A stretch of 64,000 bases of DNA from Octopus sinensis (GCF_006345805.1 NC_043007.1:2418001-2482000); one strand, 5' to 3'; positions 1 to 13,769 are shown, counted from the first letter of the stretch. The notes: generated by a model not told the origin, from the sequence alone. Made by a program: numbers and translations.

Positions 1-129
1 CAGGTTTGGTAGCCTTCAACTAACACTATCTCCTCTGAGACCCTGCAGTGCAAGTTGACCAAAGTTGAGAGTATGATAGAAGAAGGCTTGCTCTTCCTTC
101 CATCGAAGAAAATATTCAAATCGGACCAT

Positions 130-361
130 GTTAACACCAAAAATTATTTACATCAAAAAGGTGCTTTTTTTCTATGAAAATCCCTATTTATTACGATTTT
201 CTGAATGCTGTGTCGCTATTTTTCGGTGTATTTCAACCAGAAAAATGTTCACTTAAAGAGAATAACAAGCTACATAATGCAAAATTTTTACTTTTCAAAA
301 ATTCCAATTCTAAAGGGTCGAAAAGAAAACAAGCCCGAGCAACGCTGGGCGATACTGCTAG
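130..361 (+). mobile_element. Helitron-like 3' terminus
   Basis: GC hairpin GCCCGA-GCAACG-CTGGGC (333-350), then 7 nt, then CTAG (358-361) followed by T. This is the canonical Helitron 3' signature. The upstream boundary is not determined. Confidence 0.65.
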
Positions 362-650
362 TAATGCTATAGCTGTGTCCTTAAATTTGTAGCTAAGTAC
401 TTTCTTGCAGTCTTATAGATTGATGACGGAGGTCAGTATTCATGACATAGGTCAGTTATCTCTCTCTCATATATATTGAATTTTTGTCTTTTAATATACG
501 CCGTGGCAAAAAATCTCGGAACATTATGCCCAAGTACAATACGATTCAAATACATAGAACGTAGAGATGCACTTACCTAATAATTGATTGAAATGTTATA
601 TATTATGTTTGAATCGAATTGTACGTGAGCATAACAATATTAATTGGTTA

Positions 651-836
651 GAAGGTGGCCAACTGGCAGAATCGGTAGCACGCCGGGCGAAATTCTCAGT
701 TCAAATTCCACCGAGTTCGACGCTGTCTTTCATCTTTTCTGGGTCGATTACGCACTGGGGGTCGATGTAATCGACTTAATCCCTTTATCTTTAATCCCTT
801 CCATGTTTAGCCGCCTTTGGGCAATAAAGAAATAAA
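651..836 (+). mobile_element. SINE family A, internally deleted copy
   Basis: Head ggccaactggcagaatcggtagc, B-box-like gttcaaattcc, core gggtcgat and tail gcaataaagaaata, matching other A copies in the window. Confidence 0.8.
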
Positions 837-870
837 TGTTAATTAGATAGGTAGATAGAAACATTAACTA

Positions 871-1258
871 AGCGAGCAAAATGGTTAGCGGTATTTCGTC
901 TGCCGCTACGTTCTTAGTTCAAATTCAGCCGAGGTCGATTTTGCCTTTTATCCTTTCAGGGTCGATTAAATAAGTACCAGTTACGCACTGGGGTTGATAT
1001 AATCAACTTTATCCGTTTGTCTGTCCTTGTTTGTCCCTTCTGTGTTTAGCCCCTTGAGGGTAGTAAAGAAATAGAAATAGGTATTTCCTCTGCCGTTACG
1101 TTCTGAGTTCAAATTCCGCCGAGGTCGACTTTGCCTTTCATCCTTTCGGGGTCGATAAATTAAGTACCAGTTACGCACTGGAGTTGATGTGATCAACTTA
1201 ATCCCTTTGTTTGTCACCTCTATGTTTGGCCCCCCTGCTGGCAATAAAAGAATAAATA
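871..1258 (+). mobile_element. SINE family A head-to-tail dimer (5' eroded)
   Basis: Two ~190-bp units. The second starts at ggtatttcctctgccg directly after the tail aaagaaatagaaata at ~1080. Confidence 0.9.
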
Positions 1259-1302
1259 TCAATTTTTTAAAAATGTCCCAAAGTTTTGGTCACGACTCTA
1301 TG

Positions 1303-1465
1303 TAAGGCGGTGAGGGCACAGAATTTTTAGCGACATTCTGTTTGTCGTTACGCTTTGAGTTCAAATTCTGCAGAGGTCGACTTTACCTTTCCTCCCCTTC
1401 GGGAATGAAATTAGTGCGATTGGGGTAGAAGTAATAGACTTACTCCCTCCTTCAAATGCGGAAAG
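1303..1465 (+). mobile_element. Old, diverged SINE family A copy
   Basis: aaggcggtgag ... gagttcaaattctgcagaggtcgactttaccttt matches the A head and core. Confidence 0.6.
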
Positions 1466-1475
1466 TGTAACCTCT

Positions 1476-1795
1476 CGAAAGAGCTGTTCTTCACTCCTGC
1501 TCCAGAGCGTCGGCTGCGGGGTCGCTCCAAAAAGCTCTATCTGCGACGATTTCATCTCAATCGAAGGAGAGGGGCCTTCCCCGTCCGGGTTGCGGATCCG
1601 TGGAATAAGCTGCCGGACGAGATAGTGAAGATGCCGTCGACCGCTCGGTTCAAAGTCTCCCTTGACCACAAGTGGCCAGAACTCTTTACATGAACACCAC
1701 CCTGTACATAACTCCATGTCCCCCAACATGGCCTTGCTTTTTGCTTTTTGAGCCAAAAATTAACTAACTAACTAACTATCTAACTAACTAACTAA
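1476..1795 (+). mobile_element. 5'-truncated CR1-clade LINE: ORF2 C-terminus (1481-1693), 3' UTR and (AACT)n tail
   Basis: My translation of 1481-1693: ELFFTPAPERRLRGRSKKLYLRRFHLNRRRGAFPVRVADPWNKLPDEIVKMPSTARFKVSLDHKWPELFT*. The LRG-SKKL / F.VRV...WNKLP..V / FK..LD pattern is typical of the CR1 ORF2 end. Tetranucleotide tail at 1761-1795. Confidence 0.85.
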
Positions 1796-2035
1796 TAGAA
1801 TTGTGCTAAAATTTGAAATCAATACACACACGCGCGCACGTACACACATATGCGTATACATATACAGAAAAACGCGCGTGTACACACATATGCTGCAGCA
1901 CGGAATTTTTTCAGTGAACAGGTCGCGATCTCAAAGCGACGAAATTATTTTGGCAAATCAAATTAAATGTTGAAGTGAATCTAACGGTTTTTGTGTGTTT
2001 CTTAAATGCCTTACAAACACCTTCCACGCTGCAAT

Positions 2036-2114
<79 letters not shown>

Positions 2115-2732
2115 CAAACATATATTTGATATATTCTCTCACCTCTGCCGCTATCTGGCATATACAGGTGCTTACACTTATGAAGTATTCACGCGCTAAA
2201 TTTACAGTATATATATATATATATAGCTGCTATTTCTAATGAGTTCAGTATGCGGCAAAGTAATTTATTTTACTAAGCCCTTTTATATAATGTAATAATT
2301 TGAATTCGCCTTGAATGGTCCCTTTGCATACTGAACACTTGGTGAAATTGATTAATAATTAATTAATTTTGCCCTCAATTGTTGAAATTATATATATATA
2401 TATATATACACACGTGTGTATAAATGTATATATGCGTATATATATGTATGCATACATATGTATATGTATATTTATATATGTGTGTGAGTGTGTATTTGTG
2501 TGTGTGTATGTGAGAGTGTGTGTGTATTTGTGTGTGTGTGTGTTTGCGTGTGCGTGTGTGTATGTGTATGTATGTCTGATATACATTGATTTGACGACAT
2601 ATATACAGAGTGGGTCTTATCATTCCTAAAATTATATATTCATCGACAAACACCCGGCTGTCGGCGGACCTTGTTTGTTTCTACTGGTCTTTCTCTACGT
2701 CAATATGGTTAGGTGATAATCTCTTTCCCCTT

Positions 2733-2733
2733 C

Positions 2734-2781
<48 letters not shown>

Positions 2782-2785
2782 TTTC
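2733..2785. repeat. (CTTT)n microsatellite
   Basis: Read directly from the sequence. Confidence 0.95.
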
Positions 2786-2809
2786 TGTCTTTATTCATCA
2801 CATACATCA

Positions 2810-3166
2810 TTAGGGCAGCGGACTCGTGGTCGTAGGATCGCGGTTTCGATTCCCAGACCGGGCGTTGTGAGTGTTTATCGAGCGAAAACACCTAAAGCTC
2901 CACGAGGCTCCGGCAGTGGATGGTGGTGATCCCTGCTGTACCCTTTCACCACAACTTTCTCTCACTCTTACTTCCTGTTTCTGTTGTACCTGTATTTCAA
3001 AGGGCAGGCCTTGTCACTATCTGTGTCACGCTGAATATCTCCGAGAATTACGTTAAGGGTACACGTGTCTGTGGAGTGCTCAGCCACTTACACGTTAATT
3101 TCATGAGCAGGCTGTTCCGTTGATCGGATCAACCGGAACCCTCGTCGTCGTAACCGACGGAGTGCT
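2810..3166 (+). mobile_element. tRNA-type SINE family C, tail type Y
   Basis: tRNA-like head gcagcggactcgtggtcgtaggatcgcggtttcgattccc (B box), shared with 58180, 25578 and 34640. The tail contains gttgatcggatcaac. Confidence 0.85.
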
Positions 3167-3373
3167 TCATATATGCGTATCTGTCCGATGTTATCTACAT
3201 TTCGCTCGTCTCTCTTTTAAATTTATCCTGCTAGTTAAGCCAAAGTTATGGCTAGTCGATCTAGTTTCATGATACGAATATTATTTCACCTACAGCTCAG
3301 ACATTTTGGTGACTCCAAATAACTAGCTAATATTTCACCCTGTACACACATAAATACACAGGTATGTATAAAT

Positions 3374-3726
<353 letters not shown>

Positions 3727-3921
3727 AAAGCAATTAAGATTCAAGTGAGTTCTGTTGAATTCACATGAATACGGTACTTAACTTAGATGCACCAGAAATC
3801 TATATGGTATTAACCATAAGATAATGCGGGGTGATTATAAACAAGAAAAATGCAACAAAAATGGATCAATATTTCGGTACAATTGTTTCGAAATATTGAT
3901 CCATTTTTGTTGCTTTTTTCT

Positions 3922-3957
<36 letters not shown>

Positions 3958-5214
3958 CCTTGTCTGTCTGTCTGTCTGTCTGTTCCCAATGCATTCTCAA
4001 ACGGCTGGGCCAAATCAAATGAAATTTCACGAGGTAAAAAGCATTAAACCCCACGAGTGTCAACATGTATTTTTTTTTTCATTTCGATTACAACAATATA
4101 ACATTCTATAGAGACAATCTTTCCATGGTCATCCTCGCCATTTTAACCCCGAGTGAGTGTAAAGGGGCACATATGTGTATGAGTGCATTCGTTTATTATC
4201 AGAATCCATTTAATACGATTCCGATATCTTTATGGGAATATATAGATAATTATTCGATCGCAGTTTCAGTAAAGGTAGCAATTCACCCGTCTTATTGTGT
4301 GTACATATACATTCATTCATACACACACAAATGCAGGCATATAAGTACACCCACACACAAACACGCATGCTCGCACGAATACGCACAAGCGCGCATACAC
4401 ACGCATGCGCACACACAAATATAAACGGTATATGCATTTAGGCATGTCGACATTCACTGGCATTTACTTACATGCGTGTGTGCTAGTGTATGTGTGCATG
4501 TGTGTGTTTGACTGTCAGTTTGTGAGTCGGTATGTGTGTGTCTGTATGTGTGTGTGTGTGTATTGATTCCAGAGATACGATGAAATACTGAGGTGTTTTT
4601 TTGTAGATAGAGTTTTGATCAGTGAAACCTGGAAATAGATTGAAGTCCCATATTACTTCGCAAGACATTTATCTCTTTCTGACACATGTCGATTAAAAAA
4701 AACGGCTAACGAATCAATGTTACGATTGAATATACGATAATTTAAGTTTATATTCTTTGTAGATGCGTGTTTTTGCGTATCTTCGATCCTGTAATATCTA
4801 AAAATCCAATAGTTTTAGAGATCCGCTTTTATATTTTCGAACTCAAAAGCGGGCATAATTCAATTAGTGGCAAATCGCTAAAGACCGTAAATCTAAATAG
4901 TTACAGCTTGTGGTTAGTCTCTGGTCGATATTAAACAACTTGTGGGTTCTATTTTGGAGAATTGAAAATTAAGCTTTCACTAAATTGTTGTGATATGAAA
5001 ATCTAAACTCTTAAGATTAGTCGCAATCATTCACCAATTATTGAACACAGCTTCAATTCCCACACGAGCTATTTCATTATTTACCGTCTTGATAAAAACA
5101 TCTTTTCTTAAAATGCTTCAGGCCGTAACATGAAGGATGTCAGCCGTTTAAAAGTATACAAAAACATCGTATTCGGTGAATCACTGAATGATTTGTTAAG
5201 ATCATTCATGGATA

Positions 5215-5378
5215 TTGATTTCAAATTTTAGCCCAAGAGGGTAAGGGGTACTCCTCTAGTACTTATTTTATCGACTCCGAAATGGCGAATGACCTAAGCA
5301 GAATTTGAATTCCGGACTTAAAGACGGACGAAATGCCGCGAAATATTTTGCTCGGTTCTATCAGCTCACCACCTTAAG
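5215..5378 (-). mobile_element. Old SINE family A copy
   Basis: tacttattttatcgactccgaa ... gaatttgaattcc ... gacggacgaaatgcc ... gctcaccacctt is the reverse complement of the A consensus, heavily diverged. Confidence 0.55.
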
Positions 5379-6087
5379 ACACGGATATCAAAATGGCTAA
5401 ATACATTACCAATGGAATTACCAAATTTTAATATTTGAGGTCGTTACAATTTAGTCTCATGTAAGTTTTAAACGGACATATCCATCTCCGACGACGTTGC
5501 AGTCATCAACATCCTCGCTTTTTCATCCTCTTTTATCAAGGACAAATTTACATGATATGGAAAAATTTAACTGTTATATCTAGTAGGCCAAGCAACCACA
5601 TAGAGTAACTCACATCAGGTGATTCGCAAACTGAATGCGAATAATACATTTACATATTTAAATTCATTTAGTATTGAGAAACACGCCAATAGACATTCTT
5701 AAGAGCATTAACCTCTTCCCCAGATTTACTGTTACTACAACCAAAGAATAATAATTTATTATTCATCCAATTGAAGTCACAGTAATGGTAGGAAAATTGT
5801 TACTTTTGTATATCACAATAACACATTCAAGCAATAATGGTGTACAATAATCTGTAGTTAAGTGAGATTTGCAGTTCAAACATCGCTAAGACCTTAATTG
5901 TCGTGACACCATTTTGTAACTGTAACTTTCGAAGACATTAACAAAAGAAAATATTGCTCGAACGTCAAGAGCTGCCGCAGTAAAAGTTATTAGCTCGGCT
6001 TTTATTGTACTGCACAATGTGCATTGCATTACCTGTAAGGCAAACAGCATGTTGAACGAGAAGTACTTATCTAATATGTAAATATTA

Positions 6088-6252
6088 GGCGCAGGAGTGG
6101 CTGTGTGGTAAGTAGCTTGCTAACCAACCACATGGTTCCGGGTTCAGTCCCACTGCGTGGCATCTTGGGCAAGTGTCTTCTGCTATAGCCCCGGGCCGAC
6201 CAATGCCTTGTGAGTGGATTTGGTAGACGGAAACTGAAAGAAGCCTGTCATA

Positions 6253-6297
<45 letters not shown>

Positions 6298-6514
6298 GTG
6301 TGTGTTTGTGTGTCTGTGTTTGTCCCCCTAGCATTGCTTGACAACCGATGCTGGTGTGTTTACGTCCCCGTCACTTAGCGGTTCGGCAAAAGACTGATAG
6401 AATAAGTACTGGGCTTACAAAAGAATAAGTCCCGGGGTCAAGTTGCTCGATTAAAGGAGGTGCTCCAGCATGGCCGCAGTCAAATGACTGAAACAAGTAA
6501 AAGAGTAAAAGAGT
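6088..6514 (+). mobile_element. SINE family B, full length
   Basis: GGCGCAGGAGTGGCTGTGTGG head, gggttcagtccc B-box-like motif, internal (TA)/(TG) tract, 3' module ending (GTAAAAGA)2. Confidence 0.92.
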
Positions 6515-7417
6515 ATATTGGAGCTGGTATTATAGAGGGACATCTTTTGATCTACTTCATGTCTGTAGAAATAGTAAATGACTTTATACAAGGACTGACG
6601 GAATATTGGTCAAACACACACCAATTCATAAAGGCATGCACAAATAGATTAGCTGTGGGAACATCTCTTCCAAAATCAGACTTTAGAACAAATGCTTCGA
6701 AGCCTTCGGTTCCTGATGGTGGACTGAAATTTATGCCATTAATCATTCGTATAATAAATGTATGTTGATAAGTGTCGAAGCGACAATCTGGTAGAAGTAA
6801 GATGTTCAAGCAAAGAAAAACACAGAGACTATCAATTCAAAACTACAAATCAAACACAACAATTCACAAACACAAGACACTCCATATAGCAAATATCCAA
6901 TGAAAGAAACTACCACCAGTAGCTCGCATACCCAACGCATTACACACACAACATACAATAAAAACACTAATACCACAAAAAACTGCAGCAGACTCCGTAA
7001 AAAATGAAACTGATGCAATAACACAACAGAGAAGAGTTTGCAAACTCCTAACAACAAAAACAGAGCACACGATGCTGCACCCCCCCCCCTCAGCAACACG
7101 GAGTTGCAGTAACTGATGCAGTAGAAATTTGCCTGAAACTACCAAATGTTGAACAAAAACAGCAGCAACAGCAACAACAATAACTTAAGATGTAGGCAGA
7201 AAGCCATATTCTATCTGCTATTATTTATAGTTTTTATCTACTTCAAGTTTCAACTTAATAAATTGACATCACTCTGTGTATTACTTGACTGATAATTCAT
7301 TTTATCGACCCCGGAGGATGAGGAAAAAGTTGACCTTGGCGGAATTTGAACTCAAAACGTGAATAGCCGGAACAAAGATACGAAAGTACTTTGTCCGATG
7401 ACCCTTAATGAGGACGT

Positions 7418-7430
7418 AATGATAATAATA

Positions 7431-7472
<42 letters not shown>

Positions 7473-7493
7473 GTAATGATATTAATGATGATG

Positions 7494-7545
<52 letters not shown>

Positions 7546-7556
7546 TAATAATAATG
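7418..7556. repeat. Compound (ATG)n(ATA)n microsatellite
   Basis: Read directly; it explains the poly-M/I ORF. Confidence 0.95.
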
Positions 7557-8714
7557 CTATATGATAATAGTATTCTTTAAATTAGGAGAAACCAACTCCG
7601 ATGCATGCTGTTCTGAGAGGTTAATTAATTGGCAGGTGCGCTACGTTGCTAATTAATTGGAAGAAGTAAACAAATAACAATGGTAACCTTTACAAACGGA
7701 CTACACAATGAGGCGAAGGATAGCAAGAAGAATTATAAAATTAATAAGAATAACAGTATAAACAATGGCGTAGAAAGAAATCAGAAGAAATCTTGTGTCA
7801 AATTTATTAATACTTGGAATTGTTTATTTATTTCATCAGAAGTCTTCTACCAATTCTAGTAAATACAAACAAAGCAAGAAATTTTATAATTGAGTGGCTG
7901 TGAGATCAGACGTAGGAATATCCTTCCAAAGATGAACTCAGAAAACGAAAATAAACACCTGCGTTCATTTTTCTGTTCTGATCAATTAGAAAAAAAAATC
8001 CCATTTTCCATCTTGTTGCCTTGATTAACCTGAGATGTCGTCTGTTACTTTCTTGACAGCCATTAGCATTTAACTTATACCTATTTAGTAATCGGATTCT
8101 TCGACTTCATTTTCAGTGGTTGGAGGGGATTGTTCATTCATTCAATATTGTTGATTAATCTATTGTCATCAACGGACCCTCACTTAAGCATATCATGAAT
8201 TACATTGTTTGTGTTGCGATTCGAAGCAGATAAAGCTATAAATAAAAATGCGTACGATATAATGTTAAACCCCCCTAGGATAGACAAAAGCTGTAGAATG
8301 GGCAGCCTTCCAATTTCTTTTCTTTCATTTAAGCTATTTTTATAGCAATTTTATCTTTCGTTATTGTTTATAGCTTTATCGACTTCAAGTTCCACCGTAA
8401 CAAAATATTTCACTTCACTTCCCGCGAAGTTTTTAACTCTTCACAATAAACTCATCTTACAATTCTCGTCGGTAAGAACAAAGCTGCTAAAATGGACAGA
8501 GAACGTTCCAAGTGTTGCTGTGGTACAATGATCCGTACGTTTCTCACGTTCACAGAACACGATCAAATTTCAACTTGTTTTATCCAGATATTTTAAACCC
8601 AATATTATCGATAGTTTTTATCTACTTCTAGTTTCAACTTAAAAATATTTTCCTTCAGTTGTTTCGAAGTTTCTCAATTCTTATAAGGTAACCATCACAT
8701 GTTTCAAAGATATA

Positions 8715-9125
8715 TATTTCTTTATTGCCCACAAGGAGCCAAGCACAGAGAGGACAAACAAAGACAGACGAAGGGATTAAGTCGATTACATCGACAACAT
8801 GCGTAACTGGTACTTAATTTATCGACCCCGAAAGGATGAAAGGTAAAGTCGACCTCGGCGGAATTTGAACTCAGAACGTAACGGCAGACGAAATACCTAT
8901 TTCTTTACTTCCCACAAGGGACTAAACACAGAAGGGACAAACAAGAACAGACAAACGGATTAAGTCGATTATATCAACCCCAGTGCGTAACTGGTACTTA
9001 ATTTATCGACCCCGAAAGGATGAAAGGCAAAGTGGACCTCGGCGGAATTTGAACTCAGAACGTAACGGCAGACGAAATACCGCTAAGCATTTCGCCCGCT
9101 AACGTTTCTGCCAGCTCGCTGCTTT
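8715..9125 (-). mobile_element. SINE family A dimer with a 17-bp TSD
   Basis: CATGTTTCAAAGATATA occurs at 8698-8714 and 9126-9142. Junction aaagaaata|ggtatttcgtc at ~8898. Confidence 0.93.
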
Positions 9126-9374
9126 CATGTTTCAAAGATATAGTTACTTCAATCTAGTCGAATTTTATGTAGTAGGGATGCCCAAAGAAGAGGTTGCAGC
9201 TCTGAAGAGGAGACAGGGGAAGTAACTGAGAGAGAAGGCAAAATAGACGAGTGAGGTGAGTCATAGTGTGTGCAGAATTTGGAGGAAAACATCATCAGAA
9301 ATTCCTGAAAGTTTGATTGGTTGAAGACAGTAATCAGCATATTTAAAACTAATTATCTCATTAGCATAGGTTTA

Positions 9375-9492
9375 ATGGCTTTCATCCTTTCGGGGTCGAT
9401 AAATTTAATATCAGTTATGTACTGAGGTTTATCTAATCGACTGGTCTCCTCTCCAAACATTTCGGACCTTGTGCCTAGAGTAGAAAAGAATT
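9375..9492 (+). mobile_element. SINE A 3' fragment, tail type B
   Basis: catcctttcggggtcgataaa ... ctggtctcctctccaaacatttcggaccttgtgcctagagtagaaaagaat. Confidence 0.75.
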
Positions 9493-10369
9493 CTACTGTC
9501 AATTCTTGAAACTCATATCCATTGCATAAATAACAAACGATACGGACTATTTTCTTAAAGTTAATGAGATGTGGACCAAAATATAAATAAAGATTTGAGA
9601 GTATACATTGTTTCCTTGAATTTTCAAATAATTTTCACCAAGAACCTACTTCGGAAATTCTCTCATTATAATAATCGCTGAATTATTTATTTCTGGTAAA
9701 AATGGTGGCGACATAAAAGCATTCTTTTATTTCATATTTATTCAAAATATGTTGCTCCTGCTTCAAGGCATTAACGAAAACTTTTTAAAATATTTATTCG
9801 TGATGTCATGTGTACTCTACCCAAGAGGACTTGTATATAATTCTCGATCGATTCTATGTAGTTGTATGTTGAAGTATTTTTGTCAATTTCATTATTAATG
9901 ATCACTTTAACTTTATGCTTCAAGCCAGAAATAAGAAAGAATATACTACATATTGGAAAAGGAAACAATGTTTATGCCTTCCAAACTATTCTAATATGCA
10001 AATGGAACACGTTTTGCGATTATTTCTACACATAGCACTCTTACGGTTTTGTAGATAACACTCACATATTTACAAAAAATTCGATAATGTTTACGTAGTT
10101 CGTAAGACGATATAGATAATATATGATGCTTATGCATTTGGGACAATATTGTGTTTTGGTTTATTATTTAAAATGATTTTTGACAGATAAGACAGGAATT
10201 ATTAAATTCATATTTTTATATATAATTCAGAAAATCTCTGTACTTTTAACAGTTTGGAAATATAAATTATCAGTGTGAAGCAATTTTATTGAAATTTTAT
10301 CGCAACACAGAAAATGGTAAATGGATTGTATATCAGGTTCCCGTCAACAAGGCGTGCACGTCACATGCA

Positions 10370-10375
10370 TGAACA

Positions 10376-10457
<82 letters not shown>

Positions 10458-10497
10458 AACACACAATAGCGCGCGCACGTATACACACACACTCATA

Positions 10498-10551
<54 letters not shown>

Positions 10552-10594
10552 AATATATATGCATATGTATATGTATATATATATATATACACAT

Positions 10595-10641
<47 letters not shown>

Positions 10642-10985
10642 CTCACACATACATATACATACGTATGTACATGCACATATATGTGTGTATGGGTTTTTTG
10701 AAACCAATATTTACATCCTATCATTTATTGTATATATGTACATCGAGTGCCACTTCCAGGAAATAATTATTCTTACGATATCAGCTATACATACATACAT
10801 GCATGCATACATACATACATACACACACATACATACATACATACATACATGCATGCATACATATATATATACATACATGCATACATACATACATACATAC
10901 ATACATACATACATACGTACATACGTACATACATACAAACATACATACATACATACATACATACATACATACATACATACATAAT
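10370..10985. repeat. Compound (TA)n/(TG)n/(TACA)n microsatellite block
   Basis: Read directly; it accounts for the overlapping YI/HT/MY ORFs. Confidence 0.95.
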
Positions 10986-11004
10986 ACGTACATACGCACG
11001 TGCA

Positions 11005-11476
11005 TACTACGATGAACTATTGAGAAATCTACAGCTACTCAATCCAGATTGCAAGTTCAGGTTTATGCCTGTAATTATTTGGGGCTCTAGCATATGTAAG
11101 ACTACATGGAAACCAATCTTGAGAAATTAGGCTTCTCAAAACCAAAACAGAGAAAGCTAATTAGATCTCAGATTCAAGCCATTGATAGAATGGTAAATAT
11201 CTGTAAAACTTTCCTGAAATTTATCAATTAAATATATATGAGCCTGTCTAAATATGTAAGTATATGCACGAGAAGACACGTAAAAAAACATACAAATCTG
11301 CACGTATACATGCATGCATACATACATACATACATACATACATACATACATACATACATACATACATACATACACACACACCCTGTTGATATTAAAATTC
11401 CAATGAAGTCTTGGCTCTAGGTTAGAGCCCGGTTCTTTCTCTATTAGCAAGAAATCTTGAAATAAAACTGAATTAT
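11005..11476 (+). mobile_element. 5'-truncated RLE-type (R2/R4/NeSL-like) non-LTR retrotransposon 3' end embedded in (TACA)n
   Basis: Frameshifted translation YDELLRNLQLLNPDCKFRFMPVII/GALAYV/METNLEKLGFSKPKQRKLIRSQIQAIDRMVNICKTFLKFIN* (stop 11229-11231). This fits the KY..L...PIIIGALG...L..LG..LQ..A..I.K.FL end of RLE ORFs. (TACA)n lies on both flanks and inside the 3' UTR. Confidence 0.75.
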
Positions 11477-11662
11477 TACATACATACATACATACATATA
11501 TATACGCACACGCGCGCGCCAGCCTGCGTGTGTGTGTATGCATGACTTGAGTTTTGTGTGGAATTCTATATTAGAAGAATTTAATATTACAGGATCACAT
11601 TTTTATAGAACTCATATTTATTAAACTTTTACGTCTCCTATACAGATGGCTGTGTGTGTGTA

Positions 11663-11697
<35 letters not shown>

Positions 11698-11721
11698 ACG
11701 TGTGTGTGTGTGTGTGTGTGT

Positions 11722-11753
<32 letters not shown>

Positions 11754-12339
11754 TACGTGTGTGTTTGCACGCGTGTTCCTGTGTTGAAGTTTAGTACTTC
11801 AGTTCTGTTGGTGAAAACAAAAGTAGCCATTATCAAACAGGAATCGTAAAAATGTCAGTATTACCCAACAATTATCGAATTGGTGATTTAATCTATTCGG
11901 CAATGGCTATTTCTGTTTCTAGTAACGCAATTGGATCAACATGCTTACTCAGGCACACACATACACACACAACACACACATACACAAACAATGACACACA
12001 CACACACACACACACACACACTTATTCATAATTCATATGAGTGTAAGAAGTCGTATGTGTGTGTACATTACGTCCTCTTGGGTATTTGTTATTTTCTATT
12101 TTGTACTTTCATTACATATGTATAATTGCATATTTATATGATTTCATGTATGGGAGACATATATGTAACTAAGTACACACCCACATACAGAAACACACGC
12201 ACACACGCACACATCCACACACGCACATGCACGCATGCTTATTTCTTTATCCCAATCACAAAAGAAATTTATTCGTTTATATCTTCAGAACTTTGCTATT
12301 GCGTGTCTCTTGAGGCATATACAAACATTATTATCTATT

Positions 12340-12780
12340 CTTGCGGTTTTACTGATATTGCCGTTTCTCTTCGCAACCGAAGACAGCTGTGTGAGCCTTG
12401 TTTGTTTTCTAGTGTTCCTTCGCCTTTCCTATTGCAATTCCTACCGAACCGAATGTGTAAACGTAATATGTGGATAGTGTCCGACAGTGCTGTTTTAGAT
12501 ACGTTTTAATCATTCATGTCATCTGTTATTCTAGGGATTATTTCTATTATCAATCCCCACATTCTGTTATCTCTATTTCCAGATATTTATATTTGGATAA
12601 TTCCGCCGTATCTTTTAGAAAAGCACTATCTTCTGGGATATTTATTATCATCTTTCGGGATCAATATTTCGATGAAGAAACAGGTTCATTCCCTGATTGT
12701 CTTTAGCAAAGATATTCGCCTCATATTCTTTAAGATGCCTGTCTCTGTGGATTGGTATATCCCATAATTATCTGTGAGAT
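12340..12780 (-). mobile_element. Decayed R4/Dong-clade LINE, endonuclease end and 3' UTR
   Basis: Fragments WDIPIHRDR..., INIPEDSAFLKDTAELSKYKYLEIEIT/RMWGLIIEIIP and KTALSDTIHILR are colinear with the better-preserved copy at 33517-33801. The 3' UTR is similar too. Confidence 0.7.
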
Positions 12781-12789
12781 ATTCTTCAG

Positions 12790-12838
<49 letters not shown>

Positions 12839-13190
12839 GTATGCCTGTGCATAGATATGTGTGTGTATGTGTGTGTAGATGAAATTGCGTCTAATGACAT
12901 ATATGTATTAGGATTATGAATTATGTGCTCGGTTTGGCTTCCTCAACCTTCAACTGCCACTAAAATAGAAATGGTGTTGTAACTACCCAGTAACAGATGG
13001 CTAAAAAACCGCCCTCAGTGAAGCCGGTGGATTAGAAAGAAACAATGAACCAGCCATTAATGAAAGGTATCATATATGTATAAGGGAGAAAGGAGAGCTC
13101 GTTCCATGAGGCAGGCTTGACGATTGTTGAGAGATTTCTCTCGGCATCAAACTAATAAATAGTCTTGTCGACTTACAAGTTATGAATATG

Positions 13191-13535
13191 GGCGCAAGCG
13201 AGGCTGTGGGGTAAGAAGGTTGCTTCTCAACTGCATGGTTCCGGGTTCAGTCCCACTGTCTGGCACCTTGGACGAGTGTCTTCTGCTATAGCCTCGAGCC
13301 ATGCAAAGCTTTGTGATTCGATTTGGTAAAAAGAAAGAAGCCGGTCGTATATTTATGTATGTTTATATATGTCTGCGTGTGTCCCCCTCTCCACCATCGC
13401 TTGACAACCGATGGTGGTGTGTTTACGTCCCCGTAACCTAGCGGTTAGGCTTACAAAGAATAAGTCTTGGGATCGAGTTCGACTAAAGGCGGTGCCCCAC
13501 CATAGCCGCAGTCAAATGACTGAAAGATCAAAGAA
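13191..13535 (+). mobile_element. SINE family B, diverged copy
   Basis: Head, internal tract and 3' module align with 6088-6514. Confidence 0.85.
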
Positions 13536-13769
13536 CAATATATATATATATACGATTTATTAATTCGAATTGAAGGGTAATGGATTTATGAAATTACTGC
13601 AGTGCCGTGAAAAGCAGCCCCCACTGGTCTACAACCTCAGATTTCAGGTTTTCTGTTGTTTGATTATGGATTACTTGTATCGGTCACTGGACTGCCAACA
13701 GGCTGACCTACAGCATTGGATGCTGGAGTCAAATAAGGTGACATGCAGTACTTGTTTTTGAAGACTAGT

